From Pyrodictium delaneyi (GTDB lineage Archaea; Thermoproteota; Thermoprotei_A; Sulfolobales; Pyrodictiaceae), in contig NZ_CP013011.1 in assembly GCF_001412615.1 (NCBI RefSeq), positions 1,380,001 through 1,412,000 on the forward strand: a stretch of 32,000 nucleotides of DNA, given 5' to 3'. Positions within the stretch are counted from its first letter, which is position 1, and each line of letters opens with the position of its first letter. Below are positions 1 through 8,988 of the stretch, piece after piece. The position numbers were made by a program, and so were the translations under genes. A model generated the notes under the pieces. That model did not search any database. It was not told where the DNA came from and saw only the letters and a list, made by a program, of their open reading frames with translations.

Positions 1-1
1 A

Positions 2-541
2 GTGCTCAGCCGCGGGACCACCAACGACCCTGTGCTCGGCGACGCTGACGTGCTCTCGAAGCTCGGGCTCCGGGGCCTCGCCGAGTTCGTGGCGAAGTGG
101 ACGGCCCGGGGCAGCGACCTCGTAGGCATGCTGGTCGAGGGGCTCCCCCGGGAGTTGACAGTAGCCCGTAACGTGGATCAGTACCTCTGCACCATGGCCG
201 CCAAGGAACTAGCCCAGCCCCTCGCCAGGGAGACCCTGGAGGTATACAAGAGGCTCCTGGAGGAGGCTGAGGAGGCGCTAGGCCTAGGCCTAAGGCTCGT
301 AGAGGAGAGCATCGAGGGAGTCATCGCGGTCTTCGTTACGCTGGATCGCTGCCCCAATTGCCTCCGCGGAGGGCTGGAGAAGCGGCTAGAGCCCCGCCGC
401 GGACGAGTATGCCGGGGCTACAAGCTTGTACACCGTTGCCCCAGCTGCGGCTGGGTTGCCTCCGGTGGCGTGTGCCTCCCGAGGAGGCAGTGCAGTGGCC
501 TCGGGAGCTCTAGGAGCTTGTGTCCGAGCTGCCAAGACTAG
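2..541 (+). CDS. hypothetical protein (5' end outside window) with C-terminal zinc-ribbon-like Cys pairs
   Basis: The frame is open to the left window edge. A helical Leu/Glu-rich body is followed by CPNC...CPSC and a later C...CPSC. No family was recognised by eye. Confidence 0.5.
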   Translation: MLSRGTTNDPVLGDADVLSKLGLRGLAEFVAKWTARGSDLVGMLVEGLPRELTVARNVDQYLCTMAAKELAQPLARETLEVYKRLLEEAEEALGLGLRLVEESIEGVIAVFVTLDRCPNCLRGGLEKRLEPRRGRVCRGYKLVHRCPSCGWVASGGVCLPRRQCSGLGSSRSLCPSCQD

Positions 542-621
542 GGAAGGGGCAAGGACTATCCGCGCGTAGCAGAACGTATCAGTCCCTGGCACTCTAGGAG
601 TCTCCGGGGGTTTCCGGCCTC

Positions 622-1296
622 TTGGCCAAGGAGTGTATTGTCCACATCATAGGCGTGAAGGACGGGACTGTCCTGGATGAACAACGCATAGTAGAGGGAG
701 CCTCTACTGCTGGCGAGCTTCTCGAACGACTCGGCCTAGGCGACGCCACGGTATACGCTAGCGGCAAGAGGCTAGAGCCCGGCGACACACTACCCGGGGG
801 CTGCCAGGGCGTCACTGTGCTGGCTCCGCCGCCCGGTGTACTACTCGCCAAGGTGACCGGACCCGGGGAGAAGGTAGACCTCGACCAGCTCTCCAGGCTC
901 ATGGCCCGGCGTGCCACTGTCCTCGGAGGCGGCGCCCTCGTAGCCTTCATGGGGTTCGTGAAGGGCCGGGTAGGCGGCGCCCAGGTGACGAGGCTGGAGT
1001 ATGAGGCTCTGGAGCCGCTCGCTACACAGAAGCTCCGGGAGCTTGCCGAGAAATACGCAAGGATCCCCGGCGTGATAGACGTCGCCGCTATACACTACCA
1101 CGGGGGCCTAGAGCCCGGCGACCCAACGATATACATCCTCGTCACAGCTGTGACACGGAACATCGCATTCCACGCTGCTGCGCTACTGCTGGAGGAGATC
1201 AAGCACAGCGTCCCCATATACAAGCTCGAACGCCGCAGCGACGGCGACTACTGGATACTAGGCGACGGCACCAGGATACCCCGCAGAGCCAAGTGA
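622..1296 (+). CDS. moaE: molybdopterin synthase catalytic subunit MoaE fused to an N-terminal MoaD/ThiS-like beta-grasp domain
   Basis: The C-terminal ~140 aa follow the MoaE pattern (GALVAFMGFVKG...LEYEA...AAIHYHGGLEPGDPTIYILVTAVTRNIAFHAA...IKHSVPIYKLE). The N-terminal ~75 aa resemble MoaD/ThiS (..ASGKRLEPGDTLPGG..VLAPPPG). TTG start as in the ORF track. Confidence 0.8.
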   Translation: MAKECIVHIIGVKDGTVLDEQRIVEGASTAGELLERLGLGDATVYASGKRLEPGDTLPGGCQGVTVLAPPPGVLLAKVTGPGEKVDLDQLSRLMARRATVLGGGALVAFMGFVKGRVGGAQVTRLEYEALEPLATQKLRELAEKYARIPGVIDVAAIHYHGGLEPGDPTIYILVTAVTRNIAFHAAALLLEEIKHSVPIYKLERRSDGDYWILGDGTRIPRRAK

Positions 1297-1468
1297 CAAC
1301 ACTTTCTCGTGCTATAGGCCTAAACCTGGTGTTTCGGTCACTCTTCCTCATATCATCCAAGCGGCTACGGGTCTCGGCCTAGCCTAGGCTATAGTGAACA
1401 GTGTCGCCGTTTCAGCGACTGCCCTACGCCATGTAATATGGCTTGGGCCTACATCCTGCCTGTCATGA

Positions 1469-1486
1469 TGTGGAGCCGGCTCCACA
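1469..1486. promoter_or_regulatory. perfect 18-bp palindrome TGTGGAGCCGGCTCCACA, candidate operator upstream of the ArsR-like gene
   Basis: Read directly from the sequence. The half-site GGCTCCACA recurs at 1503-1511. It lies 80-100 nt upstream of the TTG start at 1566. Confidence 0.4.
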
Positions 1487-1565
1487 CTTGTATTCAGCAG
1501 TAGGCTCCACAGAGCCGCTATAGGTGTAGACGCCTATTCTTAGCTTAAAGACGGAGGGTTCTCCT

Positions 1566-2975
1566 TTGCCAGATGCCAGGGAGAGCATAGAGAATGGTGA
1601 TATCGACGCTGTGCTTCAGGCGCTTGGGCATCCACTACGCCGCCGCATAGTAGAGGCTCTGGCCGAGAGCGGCGAGATGAGCTACGCTGAGCTCATGAGG
1701 AGAGTGGGGATCGACGACTCGGGGACCTTCGCTTTCCATCTCCGGAGGCTCCGTGGACTTGTGGAGAAAGACGAGAAGCGCGGTGTCTACCGGCTCACCC
1801 AGCTAGGGCTACGGGCCTATCAAGCACTCCAGCTGGTCAAGACGGGGGTCGCTGAGGATGTAAGGACTAACGAGTCAAGGGCTACAGACGAGCATGCAGA
1901 GAGTAGGCGGCCCTCACGGGAGGAGATTAGGCGGCCACATGGCAAGAAAGCGCTCTGGGTCATCAGCGACCGTACCAGTTTCCGGCTTACAAGAGAGCAT
2001 CTGGAGAGAGCACTCAGGCGTGGCAAGAAGATACTACTAACTGACATAGCTACACTCGTCGTAGAGCCGGTCCCCGAGGAACTGTTCGAGGAAGCTGTCC
2101 ACGCTGTTGTGGACGTTGCGCGTGTCTACGCCCCGGAGTACCTGCGAGCAGTCCTAGACGAAAAAATGCACGATGTACTCACGGTAAAATACTACGACCC
2201 GTCAGAGGGTGTGCCGCAGCCAGGTCTACTCGAGACACTCATTGAGGCGCTTAGCTCCCTCATCTCTAAGGCGGTCGAGGCAGCAGCCATAGCTAGGGGT
2301 ATGGGCAAGCAGCCAGTAGAGGTGGATAGGGTCTTCAGCCAGCACGGCGAGGAGCTGAGGCTCCGCACGGAGGCTTGTTCCCTCCGGGTCTTGCCCGGAA
2401 ATAGCAGCGTTATACGTCTCCACGGCCGCTCTCGCGGGGAACCTTTTGTAGAGGCTATAGAAGCCGAGAATGGACTAGCCGTCTCTATACGTGGTTCGCG
2501 CGAGACTAAGCTACAGCTAGACCTGCCGCCTAAATGGCCCCGCCGCCTAGCACTAGAAGCCCGGGCGGCCGGCGTCAAGGCCACGGACCTGGAGCTGGAG
2601 AAGCTGAGCATCAAGGCCAGCGCGTCGGCCCTGATGATAGCGGCTAGGCTTGTAGGCGATAACCCCGCCGCGGATATAGCGTGCAGCACAGGCGCCCTCC
2701 AGATAGACTTCAAGGGAGACTGGCGTGGCGAAGCCCTAGTCTCGCTAAGGCTAGGCGCCTCCTCCGCCAAGCTGGAGCTAGTAGTTCCCCGGGATGTACG
2801 CGTAGCCGTCGAGACCCAGTTGTCCGCATCATCTGCTAGTATCATGGTTGACGGAAAGCGGGTCCACGGGGGCTTCCAGGAGCCCGGCTACGAGGAAGCC
2901 AAGCAGAAGCTCCGGATAATAGTAGAAGGCACTGCAAGCTCAGCCAAGGTAAACATTAGAAGACTTGAGGACTAG
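1566..2975 (+). CDS. ArsR-family winged-HTH regulator fused to a long C-terminal beta-strand-repeat domain (DUF4097 / putative-adhesin-like)
   Basis: The N-terminus LGHPLRRRIVEALAESGEMSYAELMRRVGIDDSGTFAFHLRRL..YRLTQLG is a typical ArsR/HTH_20 fold. The C-terminal 200 aa are short alternating strands (LRLRTEACSLRVLPG, LSIKASASALMIAARL, LRLGASSAKLELVVP, LRIIVEGTASSAKVNI). A GGAGGG Shine-Dalgarno-like motif lies 9 nt before the TTG. Confidence 0.75.
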   Translation: MPDARESIENGDIDAVLQALGHPLRRRIVEALAESGEMSYAELMRRVGIDDSGTFAFHLRRLRGLVEKDEKRGVYRLTQLGLRAYQALQLVKTGVAEDVRTNESRATDEHAESRRPSREEIRRPHGKKALWVISDRTSFRLTREHLERALRRGKKILLTDIATLVVEPVPEELFEEAVHAVVDVARVYAPEYLRAVLDEKMHDVLTVKYYDPSEGVPQPGLLETLIEALSSLISKAVEAAAIARGMGKQPVEVDRVFSQHGEELRLRTEACSLRVLPGNSSVIRLHGRSRGEPFVEAIEAENGLAVSIRGSRETKLQLDLPPKWPRRLALEARAAGVKATDLELEKLSIKASASALMIAARLVGDNPAADIACSTGALQIDFKGDWRGEALVSLRLGASSAKLELVVPRDVRVAVETQLSASSASIMVDGKRVHGGFQEPGYEEAKQKLRIIVEGTASSAKVNIRRLED

Positions 2976-3133
2976 CAACAGTAGGGGCAACAACCAGGCC
3001 CAGCTCGTTACAAGGGTCTAGCCAGGGATCCTAGTAACACTAGAGGCCCGATCCGTGGTAATCGATAAATGCTGATTACGGCAGCTGCTTACCCGCCACA
3101 GTTACTCTGCTGCCACACGGGTGCCCCAGCGCC

Positions 3134-4030
3134 TTGAGGCGGCTTGTGGCGTTCCTACTGGCTGCATCTGCCCCGCTAGCCTGGGCTACTAACGTGGTGG
3201 CCTCCCGCGTCCTAGTGACGAGCGGGGTCAACCCGTTCGCCCTAACCGCGGTGAGATGGGCCCTCGCAGCTCTGCTCATGGTTGTCTACTCGCTCGCCAG
3301 GGGCCTGGGAGTGCCTGTTGGGCGCCGCCTATTGCTCGCCGGGCTCCTCGGGATAACCATGTTCAACAACTTGCTCTACTTGGCTCTAGGCTACGCCCCA
3401 GCTGCGCTAGTTGGCCTTGTGTTCGGCCTGCTCCCGGCCGTAACTATGCTCATGGCCCGCGCCCTAGGGGTTGAGCGGGGCGACAAGGTGCTAGCAGTAG
3501 CGGCGGTCGTGGGCCTCGCGGGCGTCGCACTTCTCGAGGCAGAGGGGCTCCGGAGCCCCGGCACTATGGAGTGGCTGGGAGTACTCCTGGCGCTCGCCGA
3601 CGTCGCTGTATGGGCTCTCTACACTATCGAGTCCCGTAGACTTACCCAAGGACTGCACCCCCTAGCAGCGCTGACCGGCAGCACAGTGCTCAGCACACCA
3701 TTCAACACAGTTGCCGCCTTGCCCTGGCTCGGCCAGAGCATAGCCGCGCTAGGAGACCCTCTGCTCCTATCACTGCTCCTCTACATAGCGGCTGTGCCAG
3801 GCTTCCTCGCCTACCTAGCCTGGTTCCACGCCGTCAAGGAGCTAGGCCCGACCACTACGAGTCTCTTCGTAGACCTCCTGCCTCCAGCGACCCTCCTACT
3901 GGCGGTCGTGACGCTTGGCGAGAAGCCGCGCGGGCTGCAGCTGGCAGGCACCGTGATGATACTGCTGAGCCTAGCACTAGCGGCGCGGAGACAGCTACAG
4001 CTAGCATCACAGAGAGCTGGGGCTGAGTAG
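3134..4030 (+). CDS. EamA/DMT-superfamily permease
   Basis: About 10 hydrophobic helices in two halves with the typical EamA layout (..VNPFALTAVRWALAALLMV.., ..LFVDLLPPATLLLAVVTLGEKP..). Confidence 0.8.
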   Translation: MRRLVAFLLAASAPLAWATNVVASRVLVTSGVNPFALTAVRWALAALLMVVYSLARGLGVPVGRRLLLAGLLGITMFNNLLYLALGYAPAALVGLVFGLLPAVTMLMARALGVERGDKVLAVAAVVGLAGVALLEAEGLRSPGTMEWLGVLLALADVAVWALYTIESRRLTQGLHPLAALTGSTVLSTPFNTVAALPWLGQSIAALGDPLLLSLLLYIAAVPGFLAYLAWFHAVKELGPTTTSLFVDLLPPATLLLAVVTLGEKPRGLQLAGTVMILLSLALAARRQLQLASQRAGAE

Positions 4031-4124
4031 TACCAATCAATGCATAAAAGCGTCTAAAGGTGGTTCACGGGGACGCCATAGCGTCCTTGAGGATCTCGGC
4101 CCTATTGTCAGTTACCGTTGTCTC

Positions 4125-4394
4125 TTAGGCTGGTGGGCCGGGATCCTCGTACTCTACTATGATCCATGTGTAGTCCTTCTCTTCCTGTAGCACTGGCGCT
4201 AAGAGGACTGTAGGTGCTAGGCGGCCTAGTTGTGGATTCCTGCTAGCAGTCAGTGTGTAGGGCGCCGCCTCCACAGTGTATGGTGGGCTGTAGGCCCTCG
4301 GCTCCGGGGCGGGGCAGGCTTGAGCCTCTAGTAGGAGTAGCTCGGAGTCCCTCTCCGCTCTTGCTAGGAGATAGGCGCCCGGCGGTTTTGCCAT
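4125..4394 (-). CDS. hypothetical protein; possibly the 3' part of a longer, start-less (decayed) gene
   Basis: 89-aa ORF. The same frame stays open for 71 further codons upstream (to the in-frame TGA at 4608-4610) with no ATG, GTG or TTG in between. Confidence 0.35.
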   Translation of the reverse strand: MAKPPGAYLLARAERDSELLLLEAQACPAPEPRAYSPPYTVEAAPYTLTASRNPQLGRLAPTVLLAPVLQEEKDYTWIIVEYEDPGPPA

Positions 4395-4682
4395 TAATGA
4401 GCCCTGGCGGAGTCTGACAGAGCCCGCCGGGGTTTCAGCTGCTACGTTACCCCGGAGGACGAGGAGGACGATGCAGCCTGCTTCTCCAAGGACTAGGGTT
4501 GAGCCTCCCTTTAGCCTCTCTAGTCTAGGGCTTTCAGTATGTCCGGGACGGGTTTCTACACGCGGCTGGAGGGATAATACGCGGCCACCTCCGTTCCCTG
4601 GGTTGTATCAGGATGGTTTGTGCCAGTGCTAGCCCACCCGCGTGGGGCTAGTTAAACTGTTCGCCCCACACCATGTAGTCGG

Positions 4683-5495
4683 GTGTTAAAAAGAGCTGAG
4701 TCGAAGAGACCGTGGAGGGGTGCACCGGGACTGGTCGAGCGTAGAAGACTACAGCTGCTAGCCCTGCTAGCGGGAGCACTAGTCGCGCCAGGACTTCTGG
4801 AGCCGCCTCTAGCCGGCGCCGAACTCACCCGGGTGCAGCTGGGGCTAGGGCGCCGAGTACTGCTCCTAGCCGACATGCATATCCACGGCAAACCCAACCA
4901 CCTGGCCATAGAGGCCGCCAAGGCTACAAGACCCGACATCGTGGTGGTCGCCGGGGATACCTGGGACGAGCATAGCCCAGGCCTGGTCGCTGTCGAGGAG
5001 ACCCTCAGAGAGATCCGGAGGTATACGTGCTGTGGAGTTGCAGTACTGGGCAACCACGAGGAATGGACTCGGGATAAGATAAGCATTGAAGAGGGGATAC
5101 GTGTCCTCGAGGATACGGGCTATACAGTGCTCATTGACGCAGACGCCGAGATACTTGGTATCCGCATCGCCGGACTCCGATGGAGAGATAATCCAAGACA
5201 CTACGAGGAGCCCCTCCACAAGCTAGCCCCAAAAGCCGACATAATTGTCTCCCATAGCCCCGACGCGTTCAACCACCTCCCAGGCTACACGAGGAGGCTC
5301 ATCATGCTCTCGGGGCATACTCACGGGGGACAATGGTGCCTCCCAGGCGGCTACGCCCCCTTCACTAACAGCATCTACGGCTACCGGTGGGGCCTCTACC
5401 GCCGCGGCGAGGCAACACTGTACGTGAGCCGGGGCCTGGGCGAGATGATTCCGCCCAGGCTCTACTGCCGCTACCAGGCCGTGCTCCTCGAGTAA
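4683..5495 (+). CDS. calcineurin-like metallophosphoesterase with N-terminal twin-arginine/TM segment
   Basis: Motifs DMHIHG, GDTWDE, GNHE and SGHTHGGQ appear in the canonical order. The N-terminus ERRRLQLLALLAGALVAPG is signal-like. Confidence 0.85.
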   Translation: MLKRAESKRPWRGAPGLVERRRLQLLALLAGALVAPGLLEPPLAGAELTRVQLGLGRRVLLLADMHIHGKPNHLAIEAAKATRPDIVVVAGDTWDEHSPGLVAVEETLREIRRYTCCGVAVLGNHEEWTRDKISIEEGIRVLEDTGYTVLIDADAEILGIRIAGLRWRDNPRHYEEPLHKLAPKADIIVSHSPDAFNHLPGYTRRLIMLSGHTHGGQWCLPGGYAPFTNSIYGYRWGLYRRGEATLYVSRGLGEMIPPRLYCRYQAVLLE

Positions 5496-5541
5496 CACCA
5501 GAGAGATTACTATGGCTCCATGAGCTAGGCCCGGGGCCTAG

Positions 5542-6483
5542 ATGCAGGTGTTACCAACCCTCCCGGGGCTGGGGACCAGGGTATTGGCTGCTAGAGGCCA
5601 GGGCTTCACTGTGGAGGCCCAGCTGGGCCTAGTCCGGGTGCTCGCGCCGGGCGGTACCGTAGAGCCCGCTGTGGTCTACCGAGGCCGGGTCTACCCCCTA
5701 GGGGCTTGGGGTTACCGCGACGTACGGGAAGTCATGCTCGAGACCCAGCCGGAGGAGTTCGAGCGCCTAGCCCGCAGCGTCGCGTCCAGCGACCGGGGGC
5801 TCCCACTACACGGGGTACGGCTCGCAGCACCCGTGGACAAGCCGGGTAAGCTCGTGCTCGTGGGGCTCAACTACATGGACCACGCCCGCGAGGTAGGCAT
5901 GAAGCCGCCTAGGGTTCCCGACCTCTTCACCAAGACCAGCAACGCTGTCATAGGGCCCGGCGACCCGATAATCCTCCACGACCCGGGGCTCCGGGTAGAC
6001 GCCGAAGCCGAGCTAGCAGCCGTCATAGGGCTACCAGGCCGCAGCCTAGAGCCCGAAGAGGCGCTCGACGTCGTATGGGGGTACACATGCCTCAATGACG
6101 TCTCGGCGAGGACAGAGCAGCTCCTATCCGGCGCCACACAGTGGTGGAGAGGCAAGAGCCGTGACACCTACGCGCCGATAGGCCCCGTGATAGTGCCCAG
6201 GAGCCTCCTAGACCCGGTGCAGGGGCTCCGCCTAAGGCTAGTCATCTCCGGCGAAACCCTCCAAGACGGCACCACCCGGGACATGATCCACAGCGTCGCC
6301 GTGCTAGTCTCCTACACGAGCAGGGGTACCCTCCTAGAACCCGGCGACGTAATAGCCACCGGCACCCCCGCCGGAGTAGGCCACGCCCGCAGCCCGCCAC
6401 GCTACCTAAAACCCGGCGACACAGTCACTGTGTGCGTCGAGTCCATAGGCTGTATAGAAAACCCCGTAGTAGCCGACACGTAA
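5542..6483 (+). CDS. fumarylacetoacetate hydrolase (FAH) family protein
   Basis: The FAH C-terminal domain pattern is present: LVGLNYMDHA...LFTKTSNAVIGPGDPI...EAELAAVIG...GYTCLNDVSAR...WWRGKS.DTYAPIGP...GDVIATGTPAGVG. Confidence 0.9.
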   Translation: MQVLPTLPGLGTRVLAARGQGFTVEAQLGLVRVLAPGGTVEPAVVYRGRVYPLGAWGYRDVREVMLETQPEEFERLARSVASSDRGLPLHGVRLAAPVDKPGKLVLVGLNYMDHAREVGMKPPRVPDLFTKTSNAVIGPGDPIILHDPGLRVDAEAELAAVIGLPGRSLEPEEALDVVWGYTCLNDVSARTEQLLSGATQWWRGKSRDTYAPIGPVIVPRSLLDPVQGLRLRLVISGETLQDGTTRDMIHSVAVLVSYTSRGTLLEPGDVIATGTPAGVGHARSPPRYLKPGDTVTVCVESIGCIENPVVADT

Positions 6484-6516
6484 ACAGTATGGAGTCGATG
6501 TCTAAACTCTTTCATT

Positions 6517-6535
6517 GGTCCCGGTTTTCCGGACC
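6517..6535. terminator. GC hairpin with T4 loop (GGTCCCGG-TTTT-CCGGACC) between convergent genes
   Basis: Read directly from the sequence. It lies in the 205-nt gap between the FAH gene (+) and the polyferredoxin gene (-). Confidence 0.3.
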
Positions 6536-6688
6536 ATCTGTCATCTCAACAGGGGGTTCTTCTCAACTATAAGATACTGCTGAGCAGCGTCTTACGTAGC
6601 CTACGATGGAGAATGGATGAGAGTTCCGGAGCAGGCCCCGGACGCGGTCGTAGAGATAGGATCCGGGTTACAGCCTATCAGTCCGGCG

Positions 6689-8152
6689 CTATTCTTGCTC
6701 GTTGCGGAGGCTTATCAGACCTAAGGCTGCCTTCTGCTTACACTCTGTACATAGGTAGAGCTTGTCTATAGCCGCTTGTGGGGCTCCTGCAGCGCGTAGC
6801 CGGGCTTCCACGGTCTTTATCATCCGTAGTGGGCCTACTGGCTTGCCGCATACCCGGCAGCGAGCTACTTCCTCCCGGTGCAGGATTATACCGTCTCTGG
6901 CTAGTATGCCGGGGTCTACAGTGTAGCTTACTGTGATGGCGTCCTCGGGACAGGCTTCGACGCATAGCATGCAGGGCGCGCAGCGGTCCGGGTAGAAGAC
7001 AAGCCTAGAGCCTTCCTCGTCCTCGACGAGGCCTAAAGCTGCTGTGGGGCAGGTATTCGCACAGGCGCCGCAAAGAGTACACCGGTCTGGATCCACGGTG
7101 GCGAGGCCGAGTAGTGGCGTAGACGTCTCGACCCGAGTCTCCGGTAGCCGGGCCTTGAGGGCCTCGACAGCTGCTCTCCAGACAGCACGGCTCTCAACAG
7201 ATACGGATCCTAGATGAGGCTCCGCCTGGAGGGCCTTGAGGAGTTCGCCTGACCCGGGGGCGAAGACGGGTTTCACCCGAGTGAGCCGGGCGTAGTCCGC
7301 CACCACGGTCTCCAGGTACTTCTCAAACGCTTCTACGCCGCAGCTCTTCACAGCGCCGCTGCTGCAAGCGTAGACCGGCGTTAAGCCAGCACCCCATGCC
7401 GCTAGGAGGAGACGCAGACCGGCCTGCCCAGGACATGTAAGCGGGAGGAACACTGTACGCGGGAGTCCATCGACGCTCCTCAGCGCATCGAGCATCCCGG
7501 CCGCGTCGTTGCGGCATAGGAGGACGAGGTAGCCGGGGCCCTGGGCTCCTAGCAGCCCTATGTATCTCCACGCGGGGTCATCGCCTGCAGCAGCGTGCTC
7601 GAGTATGCCAACAGGGCAGAAGCTTGTGCAGAGCCCGCAGCCCGTGCACCGGTATGGGTCGGCACGCGGCGGCTTACCGTCGAGCGCGTTGTATGGGCAG
7701 GCCTCAAGGCATAGCCTGCAGTTCCCGAGCCTACTGCAGGCCTCCGGCTCGGTGACGATGGGCGTGTCTACGGCCTGGAAGACGGCGACAGGGCCGCTGC
7801 GTAGCAGATCGCGCCTAGCCAGCTTCTTGCCGGTGGAGGCGCGTAGCCCGGCCTCGCCTGGCCGTAGCCACTCGATGAGCGATACACGGGCTGCCACGGC
7901 AGCTTCTAGCGTGACGCCCGCCAGCCGGGCTTCTAGCGTGTCGAGGCCCCATACGAGGAGGCTATTGCCGCCGCCCCTGTCGAGAATCCTCCAGGCCTCC
8001 TCTGCTGCCCGCCAGGCACCCTCACCCACTATGAGTACTTTCCTGCCCTCCTCTGCCGCCTGGGCCGCCTTCTCAGCTGCGTCGTCCAAGCTGCTAGAGC
8101 TTGTTGCGCCAGCCACATGAACTCCGGGAAGCGACACGACTAACGTAGCCAA
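6689..8152 (-). CDS. polyferredoxin-type Fe-S protein (four [4Fe-4S] motifs) with central MvhD/FlpD-like module and C-terminal Cys4 ribbon
   Basis: Cluster motifs are C-x5-CRLCLEACP, CTGCGLCTSFCP, CTLCGACANTCP and CAPCMLCVEACP. The middle LVLLCRN...LPLTCPGQ...GAGLTPVYACSSG..C resembles the hydrogenase delta-subunit domain. The tail carries CRVCG...CTEC. TTG start is uncertain. Confidence 0.8.
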   Translation of the reverse strand: MATLVVSLPGVHVAGATSSSSLDDAAEKAAQAAEEGRKVLIVGEGAWRAAEEAWRILDRGGGNSLLVWGLDTLEARLAGVTLEAAVAARVSLIEWLRPGEAGLRASTGKKLARRDLLRSGPVAVFQAVDTPIVTEPEACSRLGNCRLCLEACPYNALDGKPPRADPYRCTGCGLCTSFCPVGILEHAAAGDDPAWRYIGLLGAQGPGYLVLLCRNDAAGMLDALRSVDGLPRTVFLPLTCPGQAGLRLLLAAWGAGLTPVYACSSGAVKSCGVEAFEKYLETVVADYARLTRVKPVFAPGSGELLKALQAEPHLGSVSVESRAVWRAAVEALKARLPETRVETSTPLLGLATVDPDRCTLCGACANTCPTAALGLVEDEEGSRLVFYPDRCAPCMLCVEACPEDAITVSYTVDPGILARDGIILHREEVARCRVCGKPVGPLRMIKTVEARLRAAGAPQAAIDKLYLCTECKQKAALGLISLRNEQE

Positions 8153-8415
8153 GGGACTTGCTCTCCTCCCTAGCGTCTCCTGGGGCCCTCCGCTAGATAT
8201 AGGCTGGCTAAGAGCCTGCTAGGGGGTTATAACCGAGGCTGCGGCACGGCTCCCTCAAGCACTCCCGGACAATGTATACATGGTGTCTCTTTGGTGCGGA
8301 GTAAGCCTTAACTATAGCATTCATTATTCCAATAATTATTGAGAGTGATCGAGAGTTAGAAATAAATCCACTTGCATACTAATCTTCAAAAATCCTCCAT
8401 GGGGATTGGTTCGTC

Positions 8416-8988
8416 TTGAGTCTCGAGGCAGGCGCAAAAACCACTTATGATATCAAAGTATTAACCGAGAACGCTATACTGATAGACCGTGACGTCATTG
8501 TCGACATATACACCGGTTTTGAGAAAGTCTTACGGTTCGTTGGTGGCCTCCTCTACACAGCTTCAAAGAGAGCCGGCAAGTTAACTGCTGAGAGACTGGA
8601 AAAGAAGGGGATCCTCAATAGGGAGAATGCTCTAGATCTACTCTTTTGGAGCTTTACTGCAGCTGGCTATGCTGACCGGGTTGAGATAGTAGACGTTAAG
8701 ATGGGTAAGAAGGATACTGAGGTGGAGCTCCGGCTTATAGGCACGCTGCTCGGGTCTAGATTGAAGGGCCGGAAGAGGCCGGTTGACCAGCCCCTAGCGG
8801 GCTATATAGCTGGTTGGCTCGAACATGTCTACGGTCATAGAGTTGATGCACGTGAAACTAAGTGTGCAGCTAAGGGCGACGACAGTTGTATCTTTAACGT
8901 AAAGATACACGGGAGAGTTGGCGAGCTAGCGAAAGCTGTTGGCCGGATATACAAACGAACCGAGCATACACATTCCCTTATAGGTTGA
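8416..8988 (+). CDS. V4R (4-vinyl reductase-like) small-molecule-binding domain protein
   Basis: The C-terminal half ..PLAGYIAGWLEHVYGHRVDARETKCAAKGDDSCIFNVKI matches the V4R hallmark (G-hydrophobic-G...E..C...G...C.F). It is preceded by a markedly AT-rich promoter region (8300-8400). Confidence 0.7.
   Translation: MSLEAGAKTTYDIKVLTENAILIDRDVIVDIYTGFEKVLRFVGGLLYTASKRAGKLTAERLEKKGILNRENALDLLFWSFTAAGYADRVEIVDVKMGKKDTEVELRLIGTLLGSRLKGRKRPVDQPLAGYIAGWLEHVYGHRVDARETKCAAKGDDSCIFNVKIHGRVGELAKAVGRIYKRTEHTHSLIG

Noticed and set aside
594-950. 118-aa minus-strand ORF
   Set aside because: Overlaps the MoaD/MoaE gene on the opposite strand. Pro/Ser/Arg-rich shadow ORF.
2192-2845. 217-aa minus-strand ORF
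   Set aside because: Antisense shadow of the ArsR-fusion gene. Ser/Arg/Ala-rich with no recognisable domain.
7560-8120. 186-aa plus-strand ORF
   Set aside because: It lies entirely antisense to the well-supported polyferredoxin gene. Its Ser/Ala/Pro/Arg-rich low-complexity translation is typical of shadow ORFs in GC-rich DNA.
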